Shown in pieces: positions 25,599 to 39,049 of a DNA stretch of 64,000 nucleotides. Source of the DNA: Trichoplax sp. H2 (taxonomy: Eukaryota); NCBI GenBank assembly GCA_003344405.1, contig NOWV01000014.1, forward strand, positions 434,001 to 498,000, read 5' to 3'. Made by a program: the position numbers and the translations under genes. The notes below the pieces were generated by a model. That model was not told the DNA's origin and made no database searches. It saw only the letters and a list, made by a program, of their open reading frames with translations. Numbering within the stretch: the stretch's first letter is position 1; every line of letters begins with the position of its first letter.

Positions 25599-26283
25599 AT
25601 GATCGATCCGTGTAACCTTCAACTAAGACGCTTGGTTTATCAAGACAATGATGGGAAAAGAAGCACTTATATCGGCCAAGTCGATATTGCAAAAGGTGAA
25701 AAAAATGGTATCGGTAAACAAGAAATGGCTAATCGTTATATTTATATTGGTCATTGGCTAAATGGTTTATTTCATGGCCATGGTAAATTATATTCTCCAG
25801 AATTAGAAATTTGTTATACTGGAGAGTTTGAACAAGGTCGAATGCACGGCTATGGCGTTTTAGTACGCTATTCTAAGCCTAATGATGCTCTACAGAAAGA
25901 GTCTAAAAGAGTTATTGACAAATTTGCTGGTAAATTTACACAGGGTAAGCCAGGTAGAACTGGTCGAAGAACTATTTATCATAGTAAATATAATATTGAA
26001 AGCCATGAAGGAACTTTTGTGAACAATCAACTTCTCTATCAGTGTAAGCCGGAACGTGTAGAATTAGCTATTGAACGAGCTGAAGAAAATCAGCGTATTG
26101 CTGAAGCCGTGCTATCGTATTACGTAAGAAATAAATTGATTTTACTCTAATTCATGTGTCAATGAGGCATGCATGTTACTGAGTTAATCATTGCCCTGAA
26201 TAATGCTATCTAATATAATTCTGCTTATGTAGGCATCCTTAGATCTCGGAAGGTTACCAACAACCTACAAGCGTTGTGAATAA
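25599..26283 (+). CDS. MORN-repeat protein, MORN4/retinophilin-like
   Basis: Exon 25599-26123 plus a probable exon 26233-26283. MORN repeats YIGHWLNGLFHGHGKL and YTGEFEQGRMHGYGVL. The C-terminal EGTFVNNQLLYQCK...AIERA resembles the MORN4 tail. Confidence 0.8.
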
Positions 26284-28458
26284 TGGCTTATTTGTACTCT
26301 TGGTCTTTTAACTCGTTATTGTTGCTAGAAAAATATTCATTTAGGTCAGCGATAATTACCGTAATTAGTTAAATATTATAGGAAACTAAAGAGTTATTCT
26401 CTAGATTTAGCGTTTATAAAATGCAGGTAAAAAAATGTAACTCTAATAGCCATTTAACAGGATACTATCAATATTTTTTCTCATTAATGGGAATTTGTAC
26501 CTGAGATCAGGTAGGAATAGAAGCGATAAAGTGTAAGGTTGAAACGATTCATTTTATGAATAGAATTGTGGGAAATTGTGGACATTTTCTGTCGTTTACT
26601 TTGACTTCCGATACATTGATAAAGCATTACAAAATGATGAATAAACTCTTTACATAATATCTTTTGGATATTTAAACTATTGGATTTTACGATAAAAAAT
26701 TTGTTAATTAACTCATACCATCGTTATACGTAACATTAGCGATTTATTTAGAACATTTCTATCGATCTGTCTTATCTATGTATATTTTAGCTATAAATCA
26801 TGAGTGCATCCCTTTCGAAATAAATTACAATTACCCGGATTTGTAGTACTATGAAATAATACTAAAATGCTAGTAGGGGAAGGGGAATATTTCTTGTCTA
26901 CTAGTTCATTCTAGTTGATTTAAATGCTTAATCCTGTTATTGAATAGATTTATCCATTTAATACGGTAAAATAGCACTACTGGAAATCTGATCTATTGCT
27001 CTAGTTTGATTTTAGATACATTAATAAAAGTATTAAAAAATGATGGATATACTCAGGGATTAATATTATTTGGATAATTGAACTGTCGGGTTTGATACTA
27101 AAGAATGCATCCATTACCCAAAGCCATAGTTATAGCATTATAGGTAAAAGAAATTGGCCATTTGCTGAGACATTACGGTAGTGATTGATTTATGATGCTA
27201 TCTAGTTTCGAAGTCGATGGTGAGTATTTTTATGGGAGCTCCCCCGGTCATATCACTAAATAATCATCGTATCTTGTTAAAATAAATGATAACCATACCA
27301 AAATGGAATACTGTATTATGATCCATTTTAAGTCTGTTTTCGTGATTTGTATCCATGAGCTAAATTCTAATTTATTGAAATGCTTGACGTTGTTGTTGAA
27401 TGATGATAACAGCAATACTGATTTAAAGATAAGTTAGTTTTTGTTGCTTTTCTGTGATTATGGTTGATGATCAAGAAAAAGAACAAAATTAATTGTTACA
27501 ATTGGAATGACATTCATTGAATATTAGACAGCAATTACAAGCTTATTATTGTTGGGATAGTTGATAAACTTAACAAGGCTGTCGTATTAACAGTGACAAC
27601 CATAATACCCGTTTAAGATTGGGTTTTGGCATGTCCATATAATTAGCACGATACTAGAAATAGAAGATATTGGAATAGAGACATAATGGAAAAATTAATA
27701 TGTCAGTTATGGACTACTTCGGTAGAGCTTACAATTAAATGTTATGGCATAAATTTCCTAATAAGCGTTGACTAATCGAAATTGAAACTTACAGACAGAT
27801 TGGTTCACAAACCGTTGCGGCGGAAAAGAGTAAATAGTGAATGATTTAGAAATATTTTAATAGAATCACTACCCGATATTCAAGAATTACAATCTGTCAA
27901 TGAGAGTATTTTCTTTTAATCTATTGCTACACGCTATTCAATAATAGATTAGATTAGAATGAGCTAGACATGAAACAAACCGCTTAAAATAAATATTTTA
28001 TCTAGAATACGATGGTAGTTATTATAACTTTTTCCATAAAATAAGATTAGAGAAGGCATTGTTATGAATCCACTATCGTAACCATTATAGCTTAGAATTG
28101 TAGATTTGAAATGGTGTTTATAGAGTTGATACATTATAGTCTATTGTCGATGTGAATGATTTTCATGATCAAGTTATGAAGTGGTATAAAATTGTCTTAC
28201 CTTGTTCTCCAGCATTCTAGATTACTGTATGATAGACGAGTTTACAATTGCTGACATCAACTGGTAAGAATAGAGTAATACCATCAGTCATTCTAATTTA
28301 ATACTGTATAACATGCTCTAAATTATGCATCTGGTTGGTTGTAGAAATGATACTGACACCAAGTTTGAAAGCTAGCCTTAATAAACATATGAGAGATGGT
28401 ATTTTTCAATTAGGATCCATTGAACTACAGCCACCATCTCAATCGGTAACATTTACTT

Positions 28459-29079
28459 TTAGAAAAAGTTATCGTCTATATCGGTGTTATCCTTCATATT
28501 TCGGAAACGATGAGATAAATAGACACCAATAAAGAGGGTAAAGCTAAAAGCTAAGCCAACACCACCAGCAATTTTTAATGCACGTGAAATGGAATTTTGT
28601 AAATAATAATAACAAGGTAATCGTCGAGAGCACTGTGGATGAGTTTCATAGAATACGGTTAAGTTTTGGGCATCGAAACCGCAGCAATGGAACATTTTCT
28701 CAATTTGAGATTTGGTCGTTTTACTACTTCCATCCCAACCGGTGCGCAAGATTGTCCGTTGTTGGGTATTATCTAAAGCTAAGGCAGCAATAGATGTTGA
28801 AAATTGGATCATAAACATCAAGCAAACCAGTATCATATAAAAAAAGAGGCAAACTTGATTGTGTTTAGCAGCTCCAACGAAACCCATGATGGCTAGAAGG
28901 AGTAAAATAATCCCCACGGCTGTCACTGCACCTAGTATTGGTAAACTGGTTAATTTTTGTGCAGCACCAGCAAAGATTGCAGCCCCAATCATGGTCATTG
29001 CTACCAACACGTAGATAATGTTAATTATAATTAATGAAACTTTAACAAATGTATAGCTACATTCTTGTGAATTAGCCAT
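28459..29079 (-). CDS. Tetraspanin, TSPAN13/31-like, intronless CDS
   Basis: Four hydrophobic helices with motifs GFVGAAKHNQVCLFFYMIL, HCCGF and GGVGLAFSFT. First ATG at 29079. Confidence 0.9.
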   Translation of the reverse strand: MANSQECSYTFVKVSLIIINIIYVLVAMTMIGAAIFAGAAQKLTSLPILGAVTAVGIILLLLAIMGFVGAAKHNQVCLFFYMILVCLMFMIQFSTSIAALALDNTQQRTILRTGWDGSSKTTKSQIEKMFHCCGFDAQNLTVFYETHPQCSRRLPCYYYLQNSISRALKIAGGVGLAFSFTLFIGVYLSHRFRNMKDNTDIDDNFF

Positions 29080-30309
29080 GATATGATTCAATTGATTCGG
29101 AGAATAACTCAATCAGATAGAAAAACTTGCAGAAAGGAATCAATAATCGTTACGACTATCCCCTAAATCGTCTCGAGAGCAGCGATGAAGAGAAAAAATG
29201 GATGCAAAAGATTTCTTGCCACAGTAGATTTAGCCAATTCACTTCAAACCAGAAGTAGAGATCACTATCGATGAAAGGATTAAAGTTGGTGAAGAGTAGT
29301 TGGCTTCTTGTCTATTTCAATTCAACTAGAATAGGGGAAGTAATGGTGGAAACCGAATCATTTACTGTATTCGAGTTGAATAAGAAACAGATGATCACCA
29401 CGAGGGGTATTGATGACGACAGACTTGCAACTTTGCTTAAAATCTGTGTTCGAGCCAATCGCTGCCTAAATAGAATATCAATCAAGTTAATTGGGCTACA
29501 GCTATGCGTAGTTGGCCTAACTTTGTATCAATAATGCCATACCTTGCCGCCTTCTCACTCTCTCTATTTCTCACTATATATGGGCTACCGAGGTGGTGTG
29601 TCGGTATTTCAGGAAAGAAACTATTGGTATTTAATGAGAGGAAAAAATTCAACTGGATAGCAATGATACCGTTAAAAATGAGTCCGATTCAATACAGTTC
29701 ATTACAGCTTTAAAGTAGAAAGTAGAACGGTTAAAAGTCGCCAGCTGTTGCCTAAACCATATGTTACTTTGTCAAATCTAATAAGGTATGCTAATCATGT
29801 CCGTGGCCTCAATGATGATGATGACAACGGACTGTCTAATAATAAGTTAAATATCAATCGAAACCCTCAATTTCGATTATTCACCCGTAAAATGAGAGCT
29901 CATTTTCAATATTGTATACCGCTTGTTTATCGCTTGATAACAAGTTACCACAAACGATATCGAACTAGTCGTTTCCGAATTAACTCTATTGGATTGATTG
30001 CTTGCTTGCGTCATGGATTCTATTTCAGAAGCCTCTCCTATTTATCAACTCGATAGGATAGTTGCCACGTAGCCATGACTTAATTAGTTCTATCTATTTC
30101 CTAACGGATGATGAATCATCTGTCTCTCGTGACTATTCAAAACATTTATAAATTTTTAACCAAATTTTGTGCGACTACTACACTTTTAGCTTTATTGCTT
30201 ATATACATCATAACAGCTTCTATTCTCGGTAAAATCTCTATTTCAATAATTTGTGAATTGTTGATACTTGTATCAAAGAAACTTTAGTAAATTAAAATTT
30301 ATAACCAAG

Positions 30310-32100
30310 AAGCAATGGTATGCGACCATGTTATCAAATGACGAATGATAGCGAAATTTTTACTATGGATTGCTTTATTTCTTCCAGGCTCTGTAATGTT
30401 CATTTATAGTAGGTAGCTTCAATAAATTGTATAAATATAGAACATCAAGTTCTTTTAATCAAGTATGCATGTGACTATGTTATCAAATGACGAATGGTAG
30501 CGTTAATTAGAAATTTTTATTATTGACTTTATCCTTCCTTCCAAGCTCTGTAGTGTTCATTTTGTGTTAGGAAGTTTCGATAAATTTGCTCGATGTATGC
30601 ATGCAACTATGCTATGGAAAGATGAATGGTAGCGCTTGTTAGAAATTTTTACTACTGACTCTTTCCTTTCTTCCAGGCTATGCAATTTTCATATAATAGT
30701 AAAAAATTTCGATAGATTTTATATAAATATGCATGCAACTATGCTATCAAATGATGATTAATAGCGTTCATTTAAAAATTTTACTATTGATATTTTCCTT
30801 CCTTCCAGGCTCTGTAGTTCTCATTCATACTAGGAAGCTCCGATGAGTGCTATACGTATAGGACACCAAATTCTTGCAAGCAAGCAAGAGTGCGATTATG
30901 CTATCAAATGACGAATGATGGCGTTGATTAAAATTTTGAATCGTTGACTTTTTTCTCCCTTCTAAGCTCTGTAGTGTTCATTTTATAGTAGCAAACTTCG
31001 ACATATTTCATAGATATAGAGGACATCAAATAAGCATGCATGCAACTATGCTATCAAATAACAAATGATATCATTAGTTAGAAATTCTAACTATTGACTC
31101 TTTCGTTCCTTCTACGGAGGTCTGCTCAGTAGTATTCGCTTTATAGTGGGATACTTCGATAATTAAATTTTATAAATATGCAGTAGGACATCAAATTCTT
31201 ATAAGCAAGTTTGCATATAACCATGCTATTAAGACAACTTTAATCGGAAATTGTTACTGTGGACTGCTTCCTTCCTCCCAATATGGTAGAATTCATTTAT
31301 AGTAGGAAGCTTTAATAAATTTTATAAATATAGGACGTCGTACTGTAGTGTAGTGTCCTTATAAGCAAGCTTGTATGCGACCATGCTATGATATCCTTCA
31401 TTGGAAATTTTACTGTTGACTACCGTACTTCCTTCATTTCAGGCTGTGTAGTATTTATTTATATATGATTGAAAGCTTTGATAGATACTAGTGCAAACTC
31501 CCGTCGCTTTACTGACGGTTTACGATAATGTGCTCATTTAACATAAATTACTTTCTTTCTTCTAGACTATAGAATGTTTATAATAAGAAGCCTCGACAAA
31601 TATTTTAAATAAGCCAAGGTACTCCTTCAAAATGAAAAGCAAACTTGCATGCAATTACACCATCGAATGATAGTGGATGGACGATAACATTATTTAATTG
31701 GCAATTTTCTTGCAGCTGGTTGCTTACTTTCTTCAAGGCTCTCCAGTAACCGTATAGGAAGTTTCGAGAAATATTTTACACCCGCTCAAAATAAATAGCA
31801 AACTCGCATGCAGCTATTCTATCACTTGATAGCAGGTGGATAATAACGTTACTTCGTATCAATAAAAAATTTTGAATACTAACTGCATTCTTACTTCCAT
31901 GCTCTTTGGTATATAATTAATTAGAATAAAAAGCCTCGATAAGTATGATGAATATACCTATGATATAATACTCATATAGTACTATGACATCCTTGTAAAA
32001 AGCAAGCTAACATGCGGTCATCCTATCTACTGATTGATAGTGTTAATTGGAAATTTTTAATGTAGACTACTTTTGTCTTTTCAGGCTCTTTAGTAATATA
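30310..32100. repeat. Degenerate ~130-170 bp tandem array
   Basis: The unit ATGC.ACTATGCTATCAAATGACGAAT...TTCCAGGCTCTGTAGTGTTCAT recurs (anchors ~30332, 30481, 30612, 30744, 30902, 31052). Confidence 0.8.
31487..31544 (-). mobile_element. Helitron-like 3' terminus, second copy, inside the satellite
   Basis: Reverse complement of 23480-23538 with a one-base indel. Confidence 0.7.
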
Positions 32101-33429
32101 CTGGTAGTCATTGAAAAAAATGCTTTCAATCGCTGGTTGCTATGCTACTAGGTTTACTATTGCATTGCAAAAGAAAGTCAGATCTTAACTGTCGCAATTG
32201 ATTTTAGATATAGACTTTAAAAGTTAGCGATTGGAAATAAATTGCTATCGAGATTAAGTATTCTCGGTAATATTCATGAAATTGAGATTATGGCCCAAAT
32301 AGCAAACAGTCAAAGTACCTATTTTCGTTTATTTATTTCAAGATATTTACTAAATTAAATTGATTGTTTCAAATTTATACAAGTTCATAAAACAATAAGC
32401 AACATTAATTACGCTTGTATTCTATTTTGTTACCCTCAATCGAAATACATCCACAGTTCTCTCGGAACAGTCGATAAATTCATCAAAGTCTCATCATTTA
32501 TTTTTGACTGTAGTATTTATCGAATTGAAATATCTTGTAAAAATTTTATTATGTCAATGAATTCCATCAGCTTTACTATCGCAGGAACAATTTGGACAAC
32601 TGAATTCATAGTTAGAGAGTTCTTCAATTGAATAAAACGATTCTAATTTCCGCAGTACCTGATTTTTAAAGCTAGTGACGCCTGCATATAGGCAGAAATA
32701 GATCACTTTTTACTTCTACTAGTGATGATAAACTTCATTACCTATCCAGTAGGGTTAGCCTTAATTGGAGTAGTGATAACTTACAATAGGTTTTTGGATC
32801 ATGTATTTAAATTTGTAGAATCTTTAGTAATTTACTTAGCAACTTTCATCATAACCGTAATACGAGTACATAGGTGTGCCTTGATAAACATCGATTACCT
32901 TTAAATCGTCTAAAATAAGCGCAACCAATTCGAACAAGAGCCAAAAATTGTATCATAAATTAGCTAATAATTATTATAATTGTTACGCTACTCAATGTTT
33001 AAGCATAGTTATTACTTTCGATAAAATGTAAGATCTTAATGCATTGTACACGTTAATACATCTACATGCTACAATATCCTAGCAAGATAATGAGTTTGAA
33101 TTCATATAAGCTGTTGTAATTCGCTTCTTATATTATATCTATGCAATACTTGATTTGTTTCTATTTAAAATTAATATTATGCATATTATCATATTGTTAA
33201 AAATAAAAGCTTAAGATGGCTGAATTGCCATGAATGTAGCTAAGATTATTCCTGATTCTTTATTGATCCTAAATACAGGTATTAGTAAACAAATACGGAC
33301 TATTTCGCCTTTAATTCCATAAAGAATTTAAATACTAGAGTTCACTACAGGCCTCCATAAAGTAACAATCTGTAGCACTTATGATAAATGAGAGTAAATT
33401 GTGCTATTGAGCTATCAAAACTAATAAAT

Positions 33430-34107
33430 TTAGTAAAGATGATTAGTTGGAACATGAATAGGATCTTGTAAACGGCGCAATCGATGGGCAAAGAAAATAC
33501 CAAGGAAATCGAAAAAACTAAAAAATAAACCTACTCCACCACCACCTTTTAACGCTGCAGTAATAATATCTTTCATAATTGGATAACAATATGAACATGA
33601 TTGCTTTATTCTATAGCATTTCAACACATGACAGCTTGGAGTTGATGCACTAGCATTTCCAGTGGATGAATCAAAGCCACAACAATCAAATCGTTCTTGG
33701 ATGCCATGCCGAGTTGTCCATGGCAGTTTATCCCATGCTTTAGACATAACCAGATGTTCTTGCTGTCGGTTAATGGATAAAGCAGCAATAGAAACAGCGA
33801 ACTGCATCGTGAAAACCCCAACCATAATCAAGGTATAAAACAATAAACCAATGCTACTATGACATATCGCCACTGCGGCACCAAAAATGGAGACTAAAAT
33901 AAGGAAAATACCAATAGTGATGATTGCACCGACAACGGGTAAACTTGTCACTACTTTGGTTATGCTAGCACCAGCTGCCGTGGAGATTAGAATAATACCA
34001 ATTATTAAATAGCAAGCATTCAAGGCAATTAGCGTTCTACGGCAGCAATAAAAATTGCAGTTCGCTTGACTTTGCTCTAAATGTTGTAGGGCTGACTTGT
34101 AGGCCAT
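33430..34107 (-). CDS. Tetraspanin, TSPAN13/31-like, second intronless paralog
   Basis: Four TM helices with motifs CCRRTLIALN, DCCGF and GGGVGLFFSFF. First ATG at 34107. Confidence 0.9.
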   Translation of the reverse strand: MAYKSALQHLEQSQANCNFYCCRRTLIALNACYLIIGIILISTAAGASITKVVTSLPVVGAIITIGIFLILVSIFGAAVAICHSSIGLLFYTLIMVGVFTMQFAVSIAALSINRQQEHLVMSKAWDKLPWTTRHGIQERFDCCGFDSSTGNASASTPSCHVLKCYRIKQSCSYCYPIMKDIITAALKGGGGVGLFFSFFDFLGIFFAHRLRRLQDPIHVPTNHLY

Positions 34108-37100
34108 TTTTTTCTTTCTTGAGGAAATTGTTGGTAGGTTCTTGAATATCAAACTTTTGTAAGGATTAAGGCACAATATTAGGCTCTTATTGACAATTAC
34201 TGTATGTTGTATTTCTGACGAGCGCGATTTTTCTTCCTTTAATGTCGAGGCTTACTCTAGCGTGAGTAAAGTCGTGTAGAGCTCTTGATAGAAATGGTTG
34301 TCGGCCTAGTATATTATTAATAAATGAATCGCATAAGATTGGTATTTATTCCAGTGGTTAGAACTCAGAGTTTTTACTTGCTGTAGGTCGCAATAAGAAT
34401 AAAAGTGTACCGGCAATTCGTTATCGCTGCTAGCTTTGTAGAGAAAGCATTCATCTAATATTCAATTCTAGGTTATTTTAGCAGTGCAAAACATCGATGA
34501 TAGTCGCTTCGAGGTATCTACACTACTGCTATTCCTCCATGGTAGCGTGAACAAGTTGAAATTACTTGAAGAATGTATTAGAGTATAGTACTTAACAGGA
34601 GCAGTAGATGAAGATAGTCTGTCTATGTCAATCTAGGCTTACTAGTAGTAGCATATATTCTCCTAAAATTCGCATATGTAAACATATGGAAGCGTTATGA
34701 ATTAACTCGAGTTGATATTGTCAGTGTAACTTAGTATAAACTAATTTTATCAACCAGTTGCAACATCGACAGATTTTTGTTTCATACGAACTCCATATGG
34801 CTATTGTATATGGTATAGGAAACATCAGTTGCTTTCAATGAATTCCGGATTTTATGGAAGAAAGCATTTATTAATTACTCAAGACGGATATTACTTATTT
34901 ACGAGTTTTAATAGAAATTCTATCAGTTCTTTTTTCACATTCAATGCGTTTCTGTCAAATATGTAGACGTATAGAAGTTATTTTAAAAAATTTCAAATCA
35001 TTTAGTGTTAGACTGGAACTCGTTTGTTGTATTCTTCAAGCATGGTTGATAATATATTTGGCAAGGACTAATAGCATTAGTGGCACTTTGATGTGTCATG
35101 CTTAAAAGAATGTGCGATGTTAACAGTCGTTTAAAATTGTAGCAATACGTTAGATTTGGTCATACAAGTAATTCCAATCGAGTATATTCAGAGCTGTTTG
35201 TGATACTAACCTATTCTATGAAGCTATTTAGAATTAACCGTTTATTTTTACGAGTTTATTCTAAGCTACTTACAGAATTTGAAATCGACTACGACATACT
35301 GTAGCAATAGTATTGATCGTTTTACATGTCCTGAACTTACAGTATACTCGTAAATATGTGTCGATTCTTGGCTAGTTATGTAATTAATCTTGCGTGAAAG
35401 CATAATAAGAAATCGCTGAGTACGTGTAAATTCTCAGACTAGTTAGTTACGGTAGTGAATCTTGCATGGGGATAATAAGAAATCGCTAACTAGCCGCAAC
35501 ATCTTTTATAACTAAATCTTATAATTATTTGTTGAAATTTAAGTCTACTACCGCATGCTGTTGTAATAACATGGGTCGTTTTACGTCTCCTGTACTTGCT
35601 ATAATCGTACGCGTCCAATTCTCGTTTAATTATGCAGTTAATCTTACATAGAGGATTAACAAGATTCCGCTGACTAGGCACAACATTTTCTACAGTACAA
35701 GTGAATCCTATTATCATTTATTGAAATCAAAATCTACTACCACAAGCTGTGGCAAGAATACTGTATTGGCTGTTGTAATAAAAATGTCTCACAATAACTG
35801 TCTTAGTCAATAGTATTTTCTAAAAGGCTTTTATTACAAAGTTTTAGGAATAGTAGAACAATAATTGATTACTGCAAGAATCTAGTCCAAAATCTAAAGT
35901 ATTCCAAGCTCAAGGCGAAGTGAAGTCTCTTCTCTCTTGTGAGGTCATCTCTACAGGTCTTAAATGCATTTCGCTAAATCCATTTATGACAACTTGATTA
36001 ATCTGCAATCAGACATGAGCCATCAAACAAAATACTTTTTCTCAAATAGAACATCATTATCTTCTACAATCTAAATCATTCTACTTAAGATATCACTACT
36101 CTTTTATTAATGTCCAGCACCTTTCGGTGTTGGGCATCTTCACAATTACAGTGTTTCTAGTCATATAAATCTTGTACCATAATTAGTCAACTGGCTAATA
36201 TTAGCCATCAACGATTTCCCTTTCTAATATGGTAGTTATCAATCATCTAATATTAGCTGCATGATAATATCTTTTCTTAGTAACCTAACGATATCAAACA
36301 TAGCTATCCTTATAATCAAATATGGGGTGCATCACTACAGTCGTTTTACACGTATTAAATTTGGTGTAAATTCTCAACTGGTTATGCAGTTAATCGTCAT
36401 AAAGGGGTAGTAAAAAATTGCTGACTAGGCGCAACATCTATTATAACTAATCCTATTAGACTGGTATACGTACTACTGGGGATTACGTAAGAAAAAAATA
36501 CCTCAGAAGAAAGTTTACCTTCCAAGGCGTTCCTTCTTGAGTAATCCCCGACTACCGTAGTACCATGAGTTTGGTTTAGTGGCTCATTGGATCGACTTTC
36601 ACATTTAGTCTGTACTATTGTAGTTGAACATCTTTTAATTACAAAATCTGTAAGAATATGTCAACTTCAGCCATCAACTGCAATGATGTACCCTTGACTC
36701 ATCTACTGTATATTGATGTAGATTTTGTAAATGATCGTTATCATTTTATAATGTGAAATAGTGACTGCTTGATCGGTATTATATTGTAATAAAGGTGCAC
36801 TTTGATGGCTCTACAAATCCTAGCTAATTCCTAATTAAAACAAACAATCGCTATACATGAGATTGAAATGGCTTCATTTTATTGCTTCATGGTTATAATC
36901 TGGTGATAATTACACATAGAGTAATTATTTATAAATATATGATTATTCGTATACTATATATCTGACGCATTGTGAAAAATTCTTATTTACAGTCGTTCCA
37001 TTTAAGTTGCATTTGTTTACAGTTTATAATATATTAATACGGAATGAATTATTTGGACAAGATTGAAATGTCTATACAACGCCAGTAGTTCAGCGATGAT

Positions 37101-37597
37101 AATACTTGAGTGAAAGTACAGTAATTGACATTAGCATCAGCAATGGATGCCGAATCAACCGAAAATATATTAATATTTGTTGAGATTATTATTATTCGCA
37201 CGTAATAAGTAATATCCACCCAAAATGACCATTCAATAGTATTGATTAGGCATTCTATCGTAAAAGATATCAATCTTGAAGAGTCAAAGCAATTTGCAAA
37301 GGATATTTTATGCTTGGTATGATCAATATAGCCGAGTTTGATAATCGCCAGAATTGGATGATAAAAAATTGAGCTAGTTGGTGATTACGAGTTTGTCCAT
37401 CATGGAGATGATACGATATAATTTCGTTTATATACAGAAGTTCATAAGATCAGCTTGATTGTTGCTAGCTGCTTTTGTTCTATACAACGGTATTAACTGA
37501 CTAGTTCGAAATGTATCATAAACAGAGAGATGATGTATGATTCTACATACACGAATGATCGTTTACAAAATCATCAATGCTAACCACGCTTTTGCGA

Positions 37598-38641
37598 TTA
37601 CGGTAGTGCATTTCTCAGTAGTTGTTTGCTATGGTCTGATAAATGCTTGGGAAAATCGATATCAAATTTAAGCACCAAATCGCCACGATAATTAGGATTT
37701 TTAGGTAGAGGCATGCCTTCTCCGCGAATGGTGTACGTATAGCCAGGTCGAATGACTTCGTTAATTGTAATTTCTTTCACGCCACCTGCGATGATGGGTG
37801 CAAAGACCTTTGTTCCAAGCAAGGCTTCCTTTAAGTTGACTTTGACGGTATACTGTAAATCGTTATTGTCGCGTTTCCAAGTTTGGTGAGGCTTCTCTTT
37901 AATGACAAAGATGATATCAGCAGGCTTCCTGTTAGGAAAGGAATCGCCTTCATTAGGAAAGGTGATCTTGGTGCCTTCTTTCCAGCCTCGTTTAACGTTG
38001 ATTTCTAAGACTTTTTCTTGCCTTGTCTCTTGACCCATGGAATTGACGACTTTTCGATTGATTTTCATTCGTTTGGTGCATCCAGAATAGAGCTCTTCCA
38101 GCGACAGATAAAGTTCTTTCAGCAAAGGTGGGTCTTGCTTTAACCCTGCTCGATGATCACGATCCAAGCCATTAGTAAAAGACATAAAAGGACTTTCGTC
38201 ATGGTTGGCATTGAAGCCGCCATCAAAGTTATCAAACATACTGAAATGGCCATTGCGTGAAGTGCCACCAGTCGATCCAAATAACTCAGCGAAAGGAGTT
38301 CCTGTCCCAAAGACTTGGCTAAAAGTTTGGAATGGATCTCCATGGAATGTATAAGCCTTAAATCCATGCGGCATCGAGTAGGTGCCGTGGCTATCATTGC
38401 TGGATGCATCAGCAAAGTGACCTTTGAGTCCTTGTTCACCATAACGGTCATAAATTCCGCGCTTTTCTTTATCGCTTAATACTTCGTAAGCTTCAGCCAC
38501 ATCCTTAAATATTTCTTCGGCATTTTTGTCTTTATTTTTATCAGGATGGTATTTTAAAGCCATTTTGCGATAAGCCTTTTTAATTTCATCGTCGGTGGCG
38601 TTGTGTTGAACGCCTAAAATTTGATAGTAGTCCTTGCCCAT
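37598..38641 (-). CDS. Class B J-domain co-chaperone (DNAJB1/4/5-like Hsp40), intronless
   Basis: MGKDYY start, HPD motif, G/F-rich linker, then [15 protein letters not shown] and GEGMP C-terminal domain motifs. Confidence 0.95.
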   Translation of the reverse strand: MGKDYYQILGVQHNATDDEIKKAYRKMALKYHPDKNKDKNAEEIFKDVAEAYEVLSDKEKRGIYDRYGEQGLKGHFADASSNDSHGTYSMPHGFKAYTFHGDPFQTFSQVFGTGTPFAELFGSTGGTSRNGHFSMFDNFDGGFNANHDESPFMSFTNGLDRDHRAGLKQDPPLLKELYLSLEELYSGCTKRMKINRKVVNSMGQETRQEKVLEINVKRGWKEGTKITFPNEGDSFPNRKPADIIFVIKEKPHQTWKRDNNDLQYTVKVNLKEALLGTKVFAPIIAGGVKEITINEVIRPGYTYTIRGEGMPLPKNPNYRGDLVLKFDIDFPKHLSDHSKQLLRNALP

Positions 38642-38824
38642 CTTGGCGTCAGGATAATCCACTAGATGCAATAATTCAATCAATCAAGACTTGACGTAGA
38701 ATAGAGAGTAGAAGAGTTTTGAGCTTCAATGAATATTGGCAATAACAACAATTTATGTCGTCGTTGGATTTTGTCAGCAACAATGTTGACCAAGAGATTC
38801 AATCCCACAATAAATCACCTTGGC

Positions 38825-38904
38825 TTTTATATCCAATCACCACGATCAGTACAATAGGTATTCTAGACGCGTCGTTAACGTGCTCCAATGTTCTGGAAGC
38901 ATCC
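38825..38904 (-). promoter_or_regulatory. Candidate TATA box and heat-shock element for DNAJB
   Basis: Minus-strand ATATAAAA at 38832-38825. Pentamer-phased cAA-tg-TTC-tg-GAA-gc-aTC at 38886-38903. Confidence 0.5.
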
Positions 38905-39049
38905 ATGGACATTCAACGTTAACCTGCAACCTACTAAGGTGCGATTGAATGTCAAGAATGCAAGTGCCACGGGCTTACAGTACAGTTTACTGTAATAGTA
39001 CAGTACAGTACAGTACACTATCTTTGTTCGTCCACTACAGTGGATAGTA

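Noticed and set aside
29271..30056. Three short + strand ORFs
   Set aside because: No recognisable motifs. This is more likely the upstream region of the tetraspanin.
34400..37500. Possible decayed coding sequence and short ORFs
   Set aside because: Frequent stops and no family similarity that I can support.
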